From positions 1,080,838 through 1,144,837 of the forward strand of contig CAVPZT010000006.1 in NCBI GenBank assembly GCA_963710285.1: DNA of 64,000 nt, given 5' to 3'. This document shows, in pieces, positions 48,558-60,034 of the stretch; position 1 is the stretch's first letter; the number at the start of each line of letters is the position of its first letter. A program made the translations under genes and the position numbers. The stretch is from an uncultured Alphaproteobacteria bacterium. Lineage in GTDB: Bacteria; Pseudomonadota; Alphaproteobacteria; Rhodobacterales; Rhodobacteraceae. The notes under the pieces were generated by a model. It was not told where the DNA came from and made no database searches. It saw only the letters and a program-made list of their open reading frames with translations.

Positions 48558-49547
48558 ATGGTAGCGCAAGCGTCTGAGTGTTGTGGTGACGCGACGCTTG
48601 CCCGATGTCGTCGAGACCCGGATGAAGGAGTTGTTCGACGTCGAACTTCGCGACCCCGACACGCGCATGACGCGCGAGGAACTTGGCGCGGCGATGCAGC
48701 GCGCCGATGTGCTCGTCCCCTGCGTGACCGACCATATCGACGCCAACCTTCTGGCGCAGGCCGGCGAACGGCTGAAGCTGATCGCGAACTATGGCGCGGG
48801 CGTCGATCATATCGACGTCTCGACCGCCCGGCAGCGCGGGGTTCTGGTGTCCAATACGCCGGGCGTGGTGACCGAGGATACTGCCGACATGACGATGGCG
48901 CTGATCCTTGCGGTGACGCGACGCATTCCGGAAGGGCTTGCCCTCATGCAGTCGGGCAACTGGCAGGGCTGGGCGCCGACCGCGATGATGGGTGGCCGAG
49001 TCGGTGGGCGGCGCCTTGGCATTCTCGGCATGGGCCGGATCGGCACCGCCGTCGCCAAGCGCGCGCATGCGCTTCGGAATGCAGATCCATTACCACAATC
49101 GCAAGCGCCTGCGCCCTGAACAGGAGGCGGAGGTTGAGGCGACCTATTGGGAAAGCCTCGACCAGATGGTCAGCCGGATGGATGTGATTGTCGATCAACT
49201 GTCCACATACGCCCTCGACCTTCCATCTGATGAACGCGCGGCGGCTGAAGCTGATGAAGCCCTCGGCAGTGGTCGTGAACACCTCGCGCGGCGAGGTGAT
49301 CGACGAAAACGCCCTGACACGGATGCTCCGCGCGCATGAGATCGCGGGCGCAGGCCTTGACGTCTTCGAACATGGGCACGAGATCAACCCACGCCTGCGC
49401 GAGCTGACGAACGTCGTCCTCCTGCCGCATATGGGCTCGGCCACGGTCGAAGGACGGGTCGAGATGGGCGAGAAGGTCATCATCAACATCAAGACCTTTG
49501 CCGACGGCCACAGGCCGCCCGATCTGGTCGTGCCCGGCATGCTGTAA
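48558..49547 (+). pseudogene. D-isomer-specific 2-hydroxyacid dehydrogenase (glyoxylate/hydroxypyruvate reductase-like), about 3 frameshifts
   Basis: ATG at 48558 after GAGAGGAGAG. Fragments are ORFs 48583.. (..GAGVDHIDV.., GILGMGRIGTAVAKRA), 48992.. and 49188.. (..NTSRGEVIDE..LDVFE..LPHMGSAT..). Confidence 0.8.
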
Positions 49548-49550
49548 GAC

Positions 49551-50273
49551 GTGCGGACCTGGTACGAGACGGACGAGATCGAGCCCGGCCTCTTTCGCAC
49601 GTCCGAGCCGTTTGTAGGTCGGATGTTCCATGCGAATGCCTTCACGGTTCTGGGACGCGATTTCGACATGCAGGTCGACTTCGGCAACGGCGTGCTGCCG
49701 TTTCGGCACGCCCTGCCGCTGTCCGGCAAGCCGGTCATCGCGATCGCGACCCACGCGCATGTCGACCATATCGGCGGCTTCCACGAATTCGGGACACGCC
49801 TCGGCCACGCGGCCGAGGCGGAGGGCTTCGCGACCATGGCCCCGGAAATCACCTTTCAGGCGGAGTTCCGCGACAACGCCTTTGGTCCGACGCTCATGAA
49901 ACTGCCCACACCCGACTTCCGGCTCGCGGACTGGGCGCTTACGCCTGCGCCGCTCACAGGTGTGGTGCAGGACGGCGACCGGATCGATCTTGGCGACCGG
50001 GTGTTTACGGTCCTGCATGTGCCGGGACATTCCCCCGGCTCGATCGCGCTTTTCGATGAGGTGGACGGGTTGCTTCTGGCAGGCGACGCTATCTACGAAG
50101 GCCAACTTGTCGACGACATCGCGGGCGCATCGATCAAGGACTACCTTGCCACGATGACACGGCTGGCGAGTTTCGACTGCCGCATCGCCTATGGCGGGCA
50201 CGGTCCGGGCATGGAGCGCGCGCGGATGCAGTCCATCGCATCGGGCTATCTGACATTGAATTCTTGCGGCTGA
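49551..50273 (+). CDS. MBL-fold metallo-hydrolase
   Basis: Intact ORF with the HxHxDH motif (THAHVDHIGG) and a downstream HVPGHSPG. Confidence 0.8.
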   Translation: MRTWYETDEIEPGLFRTSEPFVGRMFHANAFTVLGRDFDMQVDFGNGVLPFRHALPLSGKPVIAIATHAHVDHIGGFHEFGTRLGHAAEAEGFATMAPEITFQAEFRDNAFGPTLMKLPTPDFRLADWALTPAPLTGVVQDGDRIDLGDRVFTVLHVPGHSPGSIALFDEVDGLLLAGDAIYEGQLVDDIAGASIKDYLATMTRLASFDCRIAYGGHGPGMERARMQSIASGYLTLNSCG

Positions 50274-50495
50274 CCGGATTGTCGCGATAGTTCTCCGCGC
50301 AGGCCATACCTGCGGCCAAATTCGAAGGCGTGAGAGGTGTCGAGATGTCCGAGAGCGGTTGTGTCGCGTCAATGATTGCGGGTGCTGTCAGGGGGCGCAT
50401 CGGCATGTCCGAGCCGATCATCGCCAAGTTCGAGGCCATCAGCGACGGCCTCCGGTTGGCTGATCCTGTCGTGCCGGGAATGCGGTGATCTCCCC

Positions 50496-51554
50496 ATGAC
50501 CGAAACCCGACTTGCCTCGCTGTCAGCGGGGCGAGACAACAACCTCAACCTGATCCGCATGATCGCGGCCTCGGCGGTGCTCATCTCGCATGCCTATGCG
50601 ATCACCCTCGGACCGACGATCCCCGAGCCGCTGGAAGAGCTTCTCGGACAATCGCTCGGTGCGCTGGCGGTCATCGTCTTTTTCGCGATCTCGGGCTTTC
50701 TCATCACCCGCAGCTTCGAACGCAGCGCAACAGTGGCTCACTGGATGCGATCGCGCGTCCTGAGGCTTTTCCCCGGTTTGATCGTCGTTCTTCTGATTGC
50801 GGTCGCGGTCCTCGGCCCTGCGGTGACGACGCTGCCGCTCTCGGATTACGCGACCGACCCGCGCACACTGAGCTATGTTCCGCGCAACCTCTCGCTCGCC
50901 TTCCTGCAATTCGGGCTGCCGGGCGTCTTCCAGAACAATCCCTACGGCGACGCGATCAACGGATCGCTCTGGTCGCTGTTTCACGAGGTGATGTGCTATG
51001 TCGGGGTGCTGGTTGCAGGACTTGTGGGCCTTCTCGCCAGCCGCCGCGCGGCGGCGGCGGGGTTTGCCGTATACCTCGCCCTATATGTTCTCTTCCACCC
51101 GGCGATCCTCGGGGCGGCGATGCCGGGCAAGGCGCTGGTCTTTCGGGAGCTTTCGCTCCCCTTCGCGCTCGGCGCGGCGGCCTATGTCTGGCGTGACGCG
51201 ATCGCGCTGCGCTGGTCGACGGTCCTGATCGGCGCGGTGGTGACGGCGCTTTTGCGCCCCACGCCGGTCTTCGGCGATGCGCTCGCCATCTGGCTCACCT
51301 ATGCGACGCTCTGCCTCGCCTATCTGCCGGGGGGCGCGATCCGGCTTTACAACCGGCTCGGCGACTATTCTTATGGTTTCTATATCTATGCCTTCCCCTG
51401 TCAGCAGTTGGCGCAGCATCTTTTCGGCCCGATGACGCCCGCGACAAATATGGCGCTGGCCGCGCCCGCAACGCTTCTCTGCGCCGTCCTTTCGTGGCAT
51501 TTCGTCGAAGGTCCCGCGCTGCGCTATGCGCGCGGGCCGAAAGTTGCCGTCTGA
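50496..51554 (+). CDS. acyltransferase family 3 membrane protein
   Basis: Start at MTETRL. The family signature NNLNLIRMIAASAVLISH is present and the protein is multi-TM throughout. Confidence 0.8.
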   Translation: MTETRLASLSAGRDNNLNLIRMIAASAVLISHAYAITLGPTIPEPLEELLGQSLGALAVIVFFAISGFLITRSFERSATVAHWMRSRVLRLFPGLIVVLLIAVAVLGPAVTTLPLSDYATDPRTLSYVPRNLSLAFLQFGLPGVFQNNPYGDAINGSLWSLFHEVMCYVGVLVAGLVGLLASRRAAAAGFAVYLALYVLFHPAILGAAMPGKALVFRELSLPFALGAAAYVWRDAIALRWSTVLIGAVVTALLRPTPVFGDALAIWLTYATLCLAYLPGGAIRLYNRLGDYSYGFYIYAFPCQQLAQHLFGPMTPATNMALAAPATLLCAVLSWHFVEGPALRYARGPKVAV

Positions 51555-51664
51555 GCCCGGCGCCTTTTGCAAACGTTGCAGGGTTTATTTGCCGCGCACG
51601 TCATGTTCACGCCCAATTCGACAACAATCCTACGCGCAGATTCGCGCTGTCAGGACGATTTCAC

Positions 51665-52907
51665 ATGTCAAAAGCCTATTTGGGCGCCTTTGTCGCCATC
51701 GCGGCCATCGCTGTCGGCGCGGTTGACTACATCAACCAGGCAAAGGCCGCCGGATCGGCGCCGGGGCGCTTTGGTGTCGGCGACTATGTCTCGTCCATCT
51801 CAGGCCGGTTCATCGACCAGAAGGCCGCCATCGCGGCTGCGACCGAGCGGCAGGAACTGCGCGCCATGGCGCCGCGCGACTTGCTGCCGGAGCCGCCGGA
51901 GGGCTGGTCGCGCCACGCATGGGGTGACGCGGAGAACGATCTCTTCGGCCAAGGCTATGACATTCAGAAGGACGACTTCTTTCCCGACGAGATCAAGCAG
52001 GACCCGACGATGAAGGCGCTGGCCTCGATGGACAAGGCGGCCCGCGCGAAGAAGGACGCGCAGGAGGTCTTGGTCTACGAAAAGCCCGGCACAGTGGTCG
52101 CGATGCGGTTGCAGATGATCAAACCCGGCGGCGGCGGGATATCGGGCGCCGCGATGAATATGGTCGCGAACAACCTCGAGGCGATGTCCAGCAAGGAAGG
52201 GTTTGCTATCGTCAAGGGCGTCACCTTCCGCGAGGAGGGCGGGTTGTTCGGCGCCGAGAGCGGCCAGCGTGACTACCGGGTCATCACCGGCCGGATCGGC
52301 AAGGAGGTCAAAATCTCGACTCCGCGCGAAGGCCGAGGATGCCGATATCATCGCGCTTCTGAACACCATCGACTACGACCGGCTGAACCGGGCGTTGGAA
52401 ACACCTGTTGCCGGAATCGGCAGCGAGGCGCCGGATATCCCCGCCGAACAGCAACGCGCCGAGGCGGACCGGCGCGTGCAGGATGCTGCCGCCAAGCAGC
52501 GGATCGATGCCATTGAAACGCAATACCGGATGCAGGCCGCCGCTTTGGAGCTCAGCCATCGCATGGGGTCGGTCGACGCCGCCGCCTATGAGAAGGCCAA
52601 GGCCAGGCTTGACGAAATGCGCGGCCGGATCGACCAGACGACCGCCGCGCCCCTGCCGGAGGTGGACAGGCGGACCGCCGCGCTTGCCGCCCCCGCGCCG
52701 ACGGCGATGTCCGATTCCGTATCCACCGGGGACGGCATCATCGGCAATATCCTCGGCGCCCTCGGATTTGGCGGCGCAGAACCGGCTCTGGCCGAACAGA
52801 CGCCGATCACGCCCCCCAATGTGAAGAGCGAGGTCAAGGTCAAGACCTTCGGCTCCGGAAGCTGCAAGAAGACCGGGCTTGGCAAGCGCTGCAAGATCGG
52901 TAGCTGA
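51665..52907 (+). pseudogene. membrane-anchored hypothetical protein, one frameshift near 52320; paralog of 54050..54817
   Basis: The N-terminal TM segment MSKAYLGAFVAIAAIAVGAV lies in the frame of ORF 51494.. and the protein continues in ORF 52203..52907. Motifs are shared with the paralog (see findings). Confidence 0.55.
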
Positions 52908-52913
52908 CCGGCG

Positions 52914-53888
52914 TCAGAGCGTCAGGATGGTGGAGCCGGTGGTCTTTCGCGCCTCAAGCGCGCGGTGTGCTTCGGCGATCTGATCCAGCGTGAAACGCTG
53001 TCCGATCTCGATCTTGACCGCACCCGAAGTGACCTTGGCGAAAAGCCGCTTTGCCATTTCCTGGCAGGTGGCGTGATTTGAGATGTGGGTGAAGATCGTC
53101 GGCCGCGTGATCTTGAGCGATCCTTTCGCGGCAAGCATGAGTAGATCGACCGGCGGCACCGGGCCGGAGGCGCTGCCGAAGGAGATCATCATGCCGAGCG
53201 GACGAAGTGAATTCAGTGAACCCTCGAACGTGTCATTGCCGACCGAATCCATCACTACATCGACACCGCGCCCACCGGTGATCTCACGCACGCGCTTGGC
53301 GAAGTCCTCGGTCCGGTAGTTGATCGCATGGGTCGCACCGTGTGCGAGCGCCATCTGGCACTTCGCGTCCGACCCAGCGGTCGCGATCAGGTTGATCCCC
53401 TCCGACTTCGCCCATTGGCAGGCGATCAAGCCGACGCCGCCAGCGGCGGCATGGAACAGCACCCAGTCGCCCTTGGCGATCGGTGTCGTGCGGTTGAAGA
53501 GGTAATCGACTGTCAGCCCCTTCAGCATCATCGCGGCGCCTTCTTCGAAGGAAATGCCATCGGGCAAGGGACAGACCTGCGCCGCGGGCATCACACGCGC
53601 CTGCGTATAGGCGCCGGGCGGCTGGGAGGCATAGGCGGCGCGGTCGCCCGATTTCAGATGCGTCACACCTTCCCCCACGGCCTCGACCACGCCCGCCGCT
53701 TCCATCCCGAGCGCAGCAGGAAACGACAGCTTGTAAAGTCCGCTGCGCTGATAGACGTCGATGAAGTTCAGCCCGGCCGCCTTCTGGGCGATGCGGATTT
53801 CTCCGGGACCGGGGTCGCCGACCGGACGATCGACGAGCTTCAGGACTTCAGGCCCGCCGTTTTCCTCGATGATGACTGTGCGGGCCAC
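52914..53888 (-). CDS. NADPH:quinone oxidoreductase (zeta-crystallin/MDR family)
   Basis: ORF 52914..53915, with the likely GTG start at 53888 preceded by GGAGGG. Motifs include ..AAGLNFIDVY.RSGLY.. and AAAGGVGLIACQWAK. Confidence 0.85.
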   Translation of the reverse strand: MARTVIIEENGGPEVLKLVDRPVGDPGPGEIRIAQKAAGLNFIDVYQRSGLYKLSFPAALGMEAAGVVEAVGEGVTHLKSGDRAAYASQPPGAYTQARVMPAAQVCPLPDGISFEEGAAMMLKGLTVDYLFNRTTPIAKGDWVLFHAAAGGVGLIACQWAKSEGINLIATAGSDAKCQMALAHGATHAINYRTEDFAKRVREITGGRGVDVVMDSVGNDTFEGSLNSLRPLGMMISFGSASGPVPPVDLLMLAAKGSLKITRPTIFTHISNHATCQEMAKRLFAKVTSGAVKIEIGQRFTLDQIAEAHRALEARKTTGSTILTL

Positions 53889-54049
53889 GTATGTCCCTCC
53901 GATAGAGAGTCCCACCGCACACTAGGCCGGCATTCGATCCTGTCCAAGTGCTGCCTTGCGCAACCTGACGGAGAATTTCCGTCGAATTGCCGTCAAAACG
54001 CCGCAGTGGCCGTGGAGAACCCCAAGGATACCGCTGGGCTGGAGGGCAT

Positions 54050-54817
54050 ATGGGCAAGATCTTCGCACTTGGGTTGCTGCTGATGATCTCGGCCGCTGTA
54101 CTGGGGCTGGACTTCACGCGAGCAAGCAAGACCCATCCCGCAGGTGCATACAGCCTGTCGGACCATCTGGCATTCCGCACCGCCGCGCTGAAATCCGCGC
54201 TTCCGCTACCGCGCGCCGCAGCCGAAGTCCTGCCTTCGGCACCCGACGGCTGGATCCGCCACGGCGCGGTCTACGAAGACACCGTCCGCGCGACCGGAAA
54301 GGAGACACCGGCGACGGAGATCGTTGCGGGGAAGCAGTTGGAGAAGACGATTTACGACGCCCTGCCGGGATACAAACGATACTACCAGACCTACGAAAAG
54401 GACGGGCAGATCGTCGTCATTGACGTCAACTTCATTCCCGCGACGGAACCTACGCAGAAAGGCCGCGCAGCGATGGGGATGCTGTTTCGCCGCATGGCGA
54501 GCGGAGCAGAACCCTGGGCAACGATCAAAGGAGTCGACCTGTCAGTCATCGAACGCGCGGAACTGGGCCACGCACGCATCTACCTTGGCCAGATCGACGG
54601 GTTCGTCTACATCAGCGCCGCCAGCAACGCTGACGATGCAACGACAAAGCTACTGCTCTCCGGCGTTGATTTTGATGCCCTGCGCGAGATGATCGAGGAG
54701 ACGAAAGCTATGGCCGAAGCGGCAGCGGACCCCGCACGACCGGCAACTGACAGCATCGGCGCGGCGGGCGACTGCGTCCGCAAGGGCGCCGGCAAGTTCT
54801 GCTCGGTCGTTAACTGA
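54050..54817 (+). CDS. membrane-anchored hypothetical protein, paralog of 51665..52907
   Basis: ATG at 54050 after GGAGGG, with the N-terminal TM segment MGKIFALGLLLMISAAVLGL. The reading frame is intact. Confidence 0.55.
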   Translation: MGKIFALGLLLMISAAVLGLDFTRASKTHPAGAYSLSDHLAFRTAALKSALPLPRAAAEVLPSAPDGWIRHGAVYEDTVRATGKETPATEIVAGKQLEKTIYDALPGYKRYYQTYEKDGQIVVIDVNFIPATEPTQKGRAAMGMLFRRMASGAEPWATIKGVDLSVIERAELGHARIYLGQIDGFVYISAASNADDATTKLLLSGVDFDALREMIEETKAMAEAAADPARPATDSIGAAGDCVRKGAGKFCSVVN

Positions 54818-54942
54818 GTGTCGCATCCGTCCGGAGCCGACCGCCGGGCGGTCGACAATCGTGAGGACGTCAGCTCCACCGCTCTCTTCGGCGATGAGTC
54901 TGCGCGCAAAGAACGGTTCCACGCTGCACTGTCACAGCAGAG

Positions 54943-56358
54943 CTAGAGCCGCGAAGCCGCCGTATCAAGCCGCTTTGGAAGCAATCCGTCGGTGTCGTTG
55001 GCATGCTCGGAAACACGATCGAGGAAAACCGCCATATCGTCACCAAGGACCATCTGAGGTTGCGATGCGGTGAGCGCGCGTTCGGTCTCGCGCTTGGCGA
55101 TCGCTTCTGCTGCCCGATCGAAGGCCACACGGAAATCGCCCGTCGAGCGCAAGGCTTCGTCAAAATAGGCGCGGCCGAAATCGGTCCATTCATTCTCTGC
55201 CGCGCAACCGAAGGACACCCGGTCAGCAGCGGCCGCCGTGATGACAAGGCGGTCCGGGGCCGAGATGTCGTCGATGAACGATCCGGAATAGCACGCCGCA
55301 ATCACGACGACGACATGTCTGAGGCCACTTTCAGCCAGCATCGCGGAAAACTCCTTGGCGCTGAGACTGTCGAGACCGGCCTGCCAAAAACCAAGCGAGA
55401 AGGAGTCCTTTCCGCCGTGTGAGGTCAGGTAGATCAGTGTCGCGTCCTCATCGGGATCGGCGCGTTCGGCAACGGCGCGAAGCGCGGCACGCAGATTCTC
55501 GCGGCCAAGCAGCGGTTGGGCGAACGGATCGCCGATGCTGTTGGCAAGCAGGATTGTCCGATCCTCCCGTCCGTTTTGCATCGGCCTGAGGATGTCGCGA
55601 ACCTGTGTGACTTCGCTGAGGAAAACGCCCTGGTAAGCGGTTCCGGCGCCAAGTATGGCGAAAAGATCAGGCCGCCCCTTTTCGCCGTCGGTCAGACGGC
55701 CGAGAGCGTCGTGCATGAGGGTGGGCTGGGCATAGTAGAGCTTTTCCACATCCAACTGCGCAACGTCCGCGTCTTCGCCGTCTCCGGCACCATAGTCGGG
55801 ATAGAAGAGCGGCGCGCGTGGCAGATAGAATGCCGCCACAACCATCACGCCGAGAAAGGCCGCAACCGCGAAAATGCTGCGGCCAGCACGCAAATCGCCC
55901 CATCCGCGCATGATCCGGAAAAGTCCGGAGATCAGAATGGCAAAGACGCTCCATCCGAGGATCATCGCCGGGCCGCCGCCAAGATCGAGATCGCGGAGCG
56001 CCAGGAGAATCGCGGTGGCAACCACGACGAGGATACTGCCCGTCAAGGCCGCGAACAGCGTCGGGACAAAACGTTCCCATTTACCCGCAACCGCGACCGC
56101 GAGAGCGACCGCAAAAACGAACACTGCAAGGCTGGCCAGGGTCGAGGTGACGCCCCATCGCTCAAAGCCGCCAGTCGGCCAAAATAGGCCAAGCTCGGAC
56201 AGGACGTTTGCGGTAATCCATACAACCATGATCAACGCGACATGCGCGGGCGTCACCACACGGCGCATTGGACGATAGGTCACCGGCAGAAATGCCCGCG
56301 CCGCGATGGCAACATTGCGGACGAACCCGCTCACTACACCAGAAAACAAGGGACACAC
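54943..56358 (-). CDS. peptidase C13 (legumain-like) family membrane protein
   Basis: Intact 471-aa ORF with N-terminal TM helices followed by ..LIYLTSHGG.. and ..VVVIAACYSGSFID..ITAAAADRVSFGC.., the His/Cys dyad pattern. The start codon is uncertain. Confidence 0.7.
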   Translation of the reverse strand: MCPLFSGVVSGFVRNVAIAARAFLPVTYRPMRRVVTPAHVALIMVVWITANVLSELGLFWPTGGFERWGVTSTLASLAVFVFAVALAVAVAGKWERFVPTLFAALTGSILVVVATAILLALRDLDLGGGPAMILGWSVFAILISGLFRIMRGWGDLRAGRSIFAVAAFLGVMVVAAFYLPRAPLFYPDYGAGDGEDADVAQLDVEKLYYAQPTLMHDALGRLTDGEKGRPDLFAILGAGTAYQGVFLSEVTQVRDILRPMQNGREDRTILLANSIGDPFAQPLLGRENLRAALRAVAERADPDEDATLIYLTSHGGKDSFSLGFWQAGLDSLSAKEFSAMLAESGLRHVVVVIAACYSGSFIDDISAPDRLVITAAAADRVSFGCAAENEWTDFGRAYFDEALRSTGDFRVAFDRAAEAIAKRETERALTASQPQMVLGDDMAVFLDRVSEHANDTDGLLPKRLDTAASRL

Positions 56359-56525
56359 CTATGGCTGCAAGCGATCGTTGCCAATTTTGCCGGAAACTGC
56401 GGCGACAATTGGGCCAGAGCGCCGATGCCATGTCGTTTTTCCACTGCTTTAGGTCGGGCTGACCTTTCCGCATTTTCGCCCGTCTGGCAGATAGAATGCA
56501 GCCACGGATGCGAGGAGTCGGCCCG

Positions 56526-59030
56526 ATGAAAACCCATGTCAAAGCCCTAGTCGTCGGCGGCGGCGCCGTCGGAACCGGGATCGCCTATCATCTGGCCAAA
56601 GCGGGCTGGGACACGATGCTGCTTGAAAGGGACGAACTGACCTCGGGCTCCACCTGGCACGCGGCTGGTCTGCTGCCGCTTGTTCAACATGTCGTACGCC
56701 ACGACCCACATCCACAAATATTCCGTCGATTTCTACAAGTCCCTTGAGGCGGAAACGGGCCTCAACGCCGGCTTCGCGGTCGTCGGCAACCTCAGGATGG
56801 CGCAGACCGACGCGCGGATGGACGAATTCATGCTCTATTCGTCGGTCGCCGAGACGGCGGACGTCCACCACGAATTCCTGACGCCAAAAGAGATGAAGGA
56901 GCGCTGGCCTCTCCTACGCACCGAAGACCTGAAGGGCGCGCTCTTTCACCCGCAGGACGGCTACATCAACCCCGCCGACGTGACCCAGGCGATGGCCAAG
57001 GGCGCCCGTCAGCATGGCGTGACGATCGAGCGCAAGTGGCAGGTCGATGGCTACAGGTGGACCGGGTCGGAATGGATCGTCTCGATCACCAAGATGGTCG
57101 AGAAGGGCGGCAACCTCGTTCCCGGCGAAGAGAAGACCGAAATCCGCGCCGAGCATGTCGTGACCGCGACCGGCAACCACGCCCAGCGCACCGCGCGGCT
57201 TCTGGGGATCAAGATCCCCGCGATCCCGGTCGAGCATCAGTATATCGTGACCGAACCCGACCCGATGCTTCAGGAATGGCGCAAGGCCGGCAACCCCGAA
57301 CACCCCGTCCTGCGCGACGCCGACGCCAAGTGGTATGTCCGCGAAGAGCGCGGCGGCTGGATCCTTGGCCCCTATGAGCGGAACGCCCCGGCGCGGTTCC
57401 TCTACGACGTGCCGGAAAGCTTCCGCGCCGACCTCTTCCCGCTCGACCTGGAGCGGATCGAAGAGGAATACATGTCGATGATCCACCGTCTGCCGTCGTC
57501 CGAAGACGGTCGGCCTCAAGGACGATTTCAACGGCCCGATCTGCTACACGCCGGACGGCAATCCGCTGGTCGGTCCCGGCCCCCGGCCTGCGCAACATGT
57601 GGCTGGCCGAGGGCTTTTCCTTCGGGATCACCGCCGCTGGCGGCACCGGCTACTACCTCGCCCAGATGATGACGGAAGGTGAGGCCGAGATCGACATGGC
57701 CTCGCTCGACCCCAAGCGCTACGGCTCATGGATGACGACCGAATACGCAGCGCGGAAGAATGAGGAGTGCTATGAGCATGTCTTCATCCTGCACCACCCC
57801 GATGAGGAGCGCGAAGCCTGCCGACCGCTCCGCACCGCGCCCGCCTACGACCGGCAGAAAGCGGCCGGCGCGCAGTTCGGCCAGGTGAACGGCTGGGACC
57901 GGCCGAACTACTACGGCCCCGTGGACGCGCCCGAAAGCTTCGACCATGACAGCCGCTCGTTCCGCCGTGGCGCGTGGTGGCCCTATGCGGTCGCCGAGGC
58001 CACGGCGATCCGCGAGACGGCGGGCCTGATCGATGCCTCGGCCTTTACCAAGCATATCCTGCGCGGACCCGGGGCGACGGCATTCCTCGACTGGTTCACC
58101 TGCAACGCGCTGCCGAAGGTCGGGCGGATCAACCTGACCTATGCGCTGACCGATACCGGCACGACGCGGACCGAATACACAATCGTCCGCAACGGCGAGA
58201 ATGACTACTACCTGGTGAGCGCCGGCGCATGGACCGCCTATGACGCGGACTTCCTGAAGAAATCCGCCGAGGACTTCATCGCGAATGGAGGCGGTCACAT
58301 CGACATTCACGATGTCACCACCCAGTGGGGCGTCTTCGCCATCGCCGGGCCGAAGTCGCGCGACATCCTGAAGGAGATCGTCAAGGACGCGGACCCCGCG
58401 ACCGTGCTCTCCAACAAGCGCTTTCCGTGGCTCAGCGCCCGCAAGATCGAGCTTGGCATGTGCCCGGTGAACGCGATCCGCGTCGCCTATACGGGCGAGC
58501 TTGGCTGGGAACTGCATCACCCGGTCGAGATGGGCCGCTATCTGTGGGATATCTTGGTCGAGGCTGGCGAGAAGCACGGGATGAAGCTTGTCGGCGCGCG
58601 GGCGCAGAACTGGCTTCGGCAGGAGAAGAGCTACCGCGCCTTCGGCACCGAGCTTGGCCGCGATGCGACCCCGGTCGAGGCCGGACTCGACCGCTTCATC
58701 GACCTCTCAAAGGACTTCCGGGGCAAGCAGGCGATGCTTGATACCGGCATCCGGTCGAAATGCGTGACACTGCTGATCGACGGGCCGGAGGATACCGATC
58801 CGTGGGGCAAAGAAGCGCTACTGGAGAACGGCAAGAAGATCGGCCGTCTGACCTCGGGCGGCTGGTCGGTCGCCTTCAACAAGCAGATCGGCATGGGCTA
58901 TGTCCGACCCGATCTGGCCGAGGTCGGCACCCGGCTGAAGGTACGGATGATGCGGCAGGAATGGGATGCGGTGGTGGTCGAGGACGGCCCCTTCGACCCG
59001 ACCAACGCCCGCATCCGTGTCGACGGCTGA
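56526..59030 (+). pseudogene. FAD-dependent oxidoreductase with a GcvT-like C-terminal domain (dimethylglycine/sarcosine dehydrogenase family), at least 3 frameshifts
   Basis: [25 protein letters not shown] (ORF 56496..) continues in ORF 56680.. and a short third-frame piece (..TVGLKDDFNGPICYTPDGNPLVGP). It then continues in ORF 57597..59030, the aminomethyltransferase-like domain. Confidence 0.85.
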
Positions 59031-59277
59031 TCCTGCGTTCCGACGCATCCGTCGATGTCGTGGTTGTCCGGCTTCAGCCTTTCTCGGGCGTCCAACCGGC
59101 AGACCACACGCCGGGAGAGTACCTGCCCGTCGCCTTCGGCTTGTTCCGGGCGGTGGGAGGTCCACTTCACACCGTATGAAGAATTTCGGACCGGACGCCA
59201 AAGTCAGCTTCGAGCCTGCGGATTCAACGGGTCGTTCATCTTGCGCCTTGAATTGCGCGCTTAGCCCGCAGGAGGAG

Positions 59278-59694
59278 TCAGTCCGGCCGCTTAGGCTCGT
59301 CCCGGTTGTTGCAGTACAGCGCTATCTTGTTGCCCTGAGGATCGCGCAGATAGCCCACGTAGAATTGCGGGCCGTAAGCGTCACGAAAGCCAGGTGAGCC
59401 CTCGTTCCGCCCGCCAGCGGCAAGCGCGGCAGTGTGAAGCTCGCGGACCATGGGCTGAGTCCGCACCCGAAAAGCCACCATCGTGCCGTTGCCGACCGAT
59501 GCGGCCTGCCCGTCGAAAGGCGGTTTGACGTAGAGGTCGACTGGTGCAAGCTGATCGTCAACCGTACTCGGGATCGAGCAGCTCAGTCCTTCGGGCGAAA
59601 CGGTCAAAACATAGCCGAGGCTTGGCAGGAATGCCGAGTAGAACCTTTCAGCAAGCTCGATATCGTCGGCCCCGACGGTGACATAGCCTATCAT
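59278..59694 (-). CDS. VOC (glyoxalase/bleomycin-resistance) family protein
   Basis: Intact 138-aa ORF: MIGYVTVGADDIELAERFYSAFL .. GYLRDPQGNKIALY. Confidence 0.8.
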   Translation of the reverse strand: MIGYVTVGADDIELAERFYSAFLPSLGYVLTVSPEGLSCSIPSTVDDQLAPVDLYVKPPFDGQAASVGNGTMVAFRVRTQPMVRELHTAALAAGGRNEGSPGFRDAYGPQFYVGYLRDPQGNKIALYCNNRDEPKRPD

Positions 59695-60034
59695 TGTCCT
59701 CCTCCTAGCGCATCTGCCGGGTCTTATATCCAGCGCGCGATCATGGTGAACTTCGTCAAGACACCTATGCGTTGCTGGCGTGAATGACGACCATTACCCC
59801 AAATCGGGTGGCGTTTGCTCGTGGCCAGTTTGAGGGTGTGAGGAAGTCCCCCGTGTCGGTCAAGTGCCCGCTTCGTCCACAGAGCAGACCCGCACAGCCT
59901 CAAGACCAGCCCCTTGCCCCGACGATAGCCCTGCCCGAAGCGTCGGCAATCCTCACCAGTCGGCCAACAGAAAGAACGAAACCTTTCAGCTTCAATGCGT
60001 TGCGATGAATTTCACACTTGAAAACCGCACCGTT

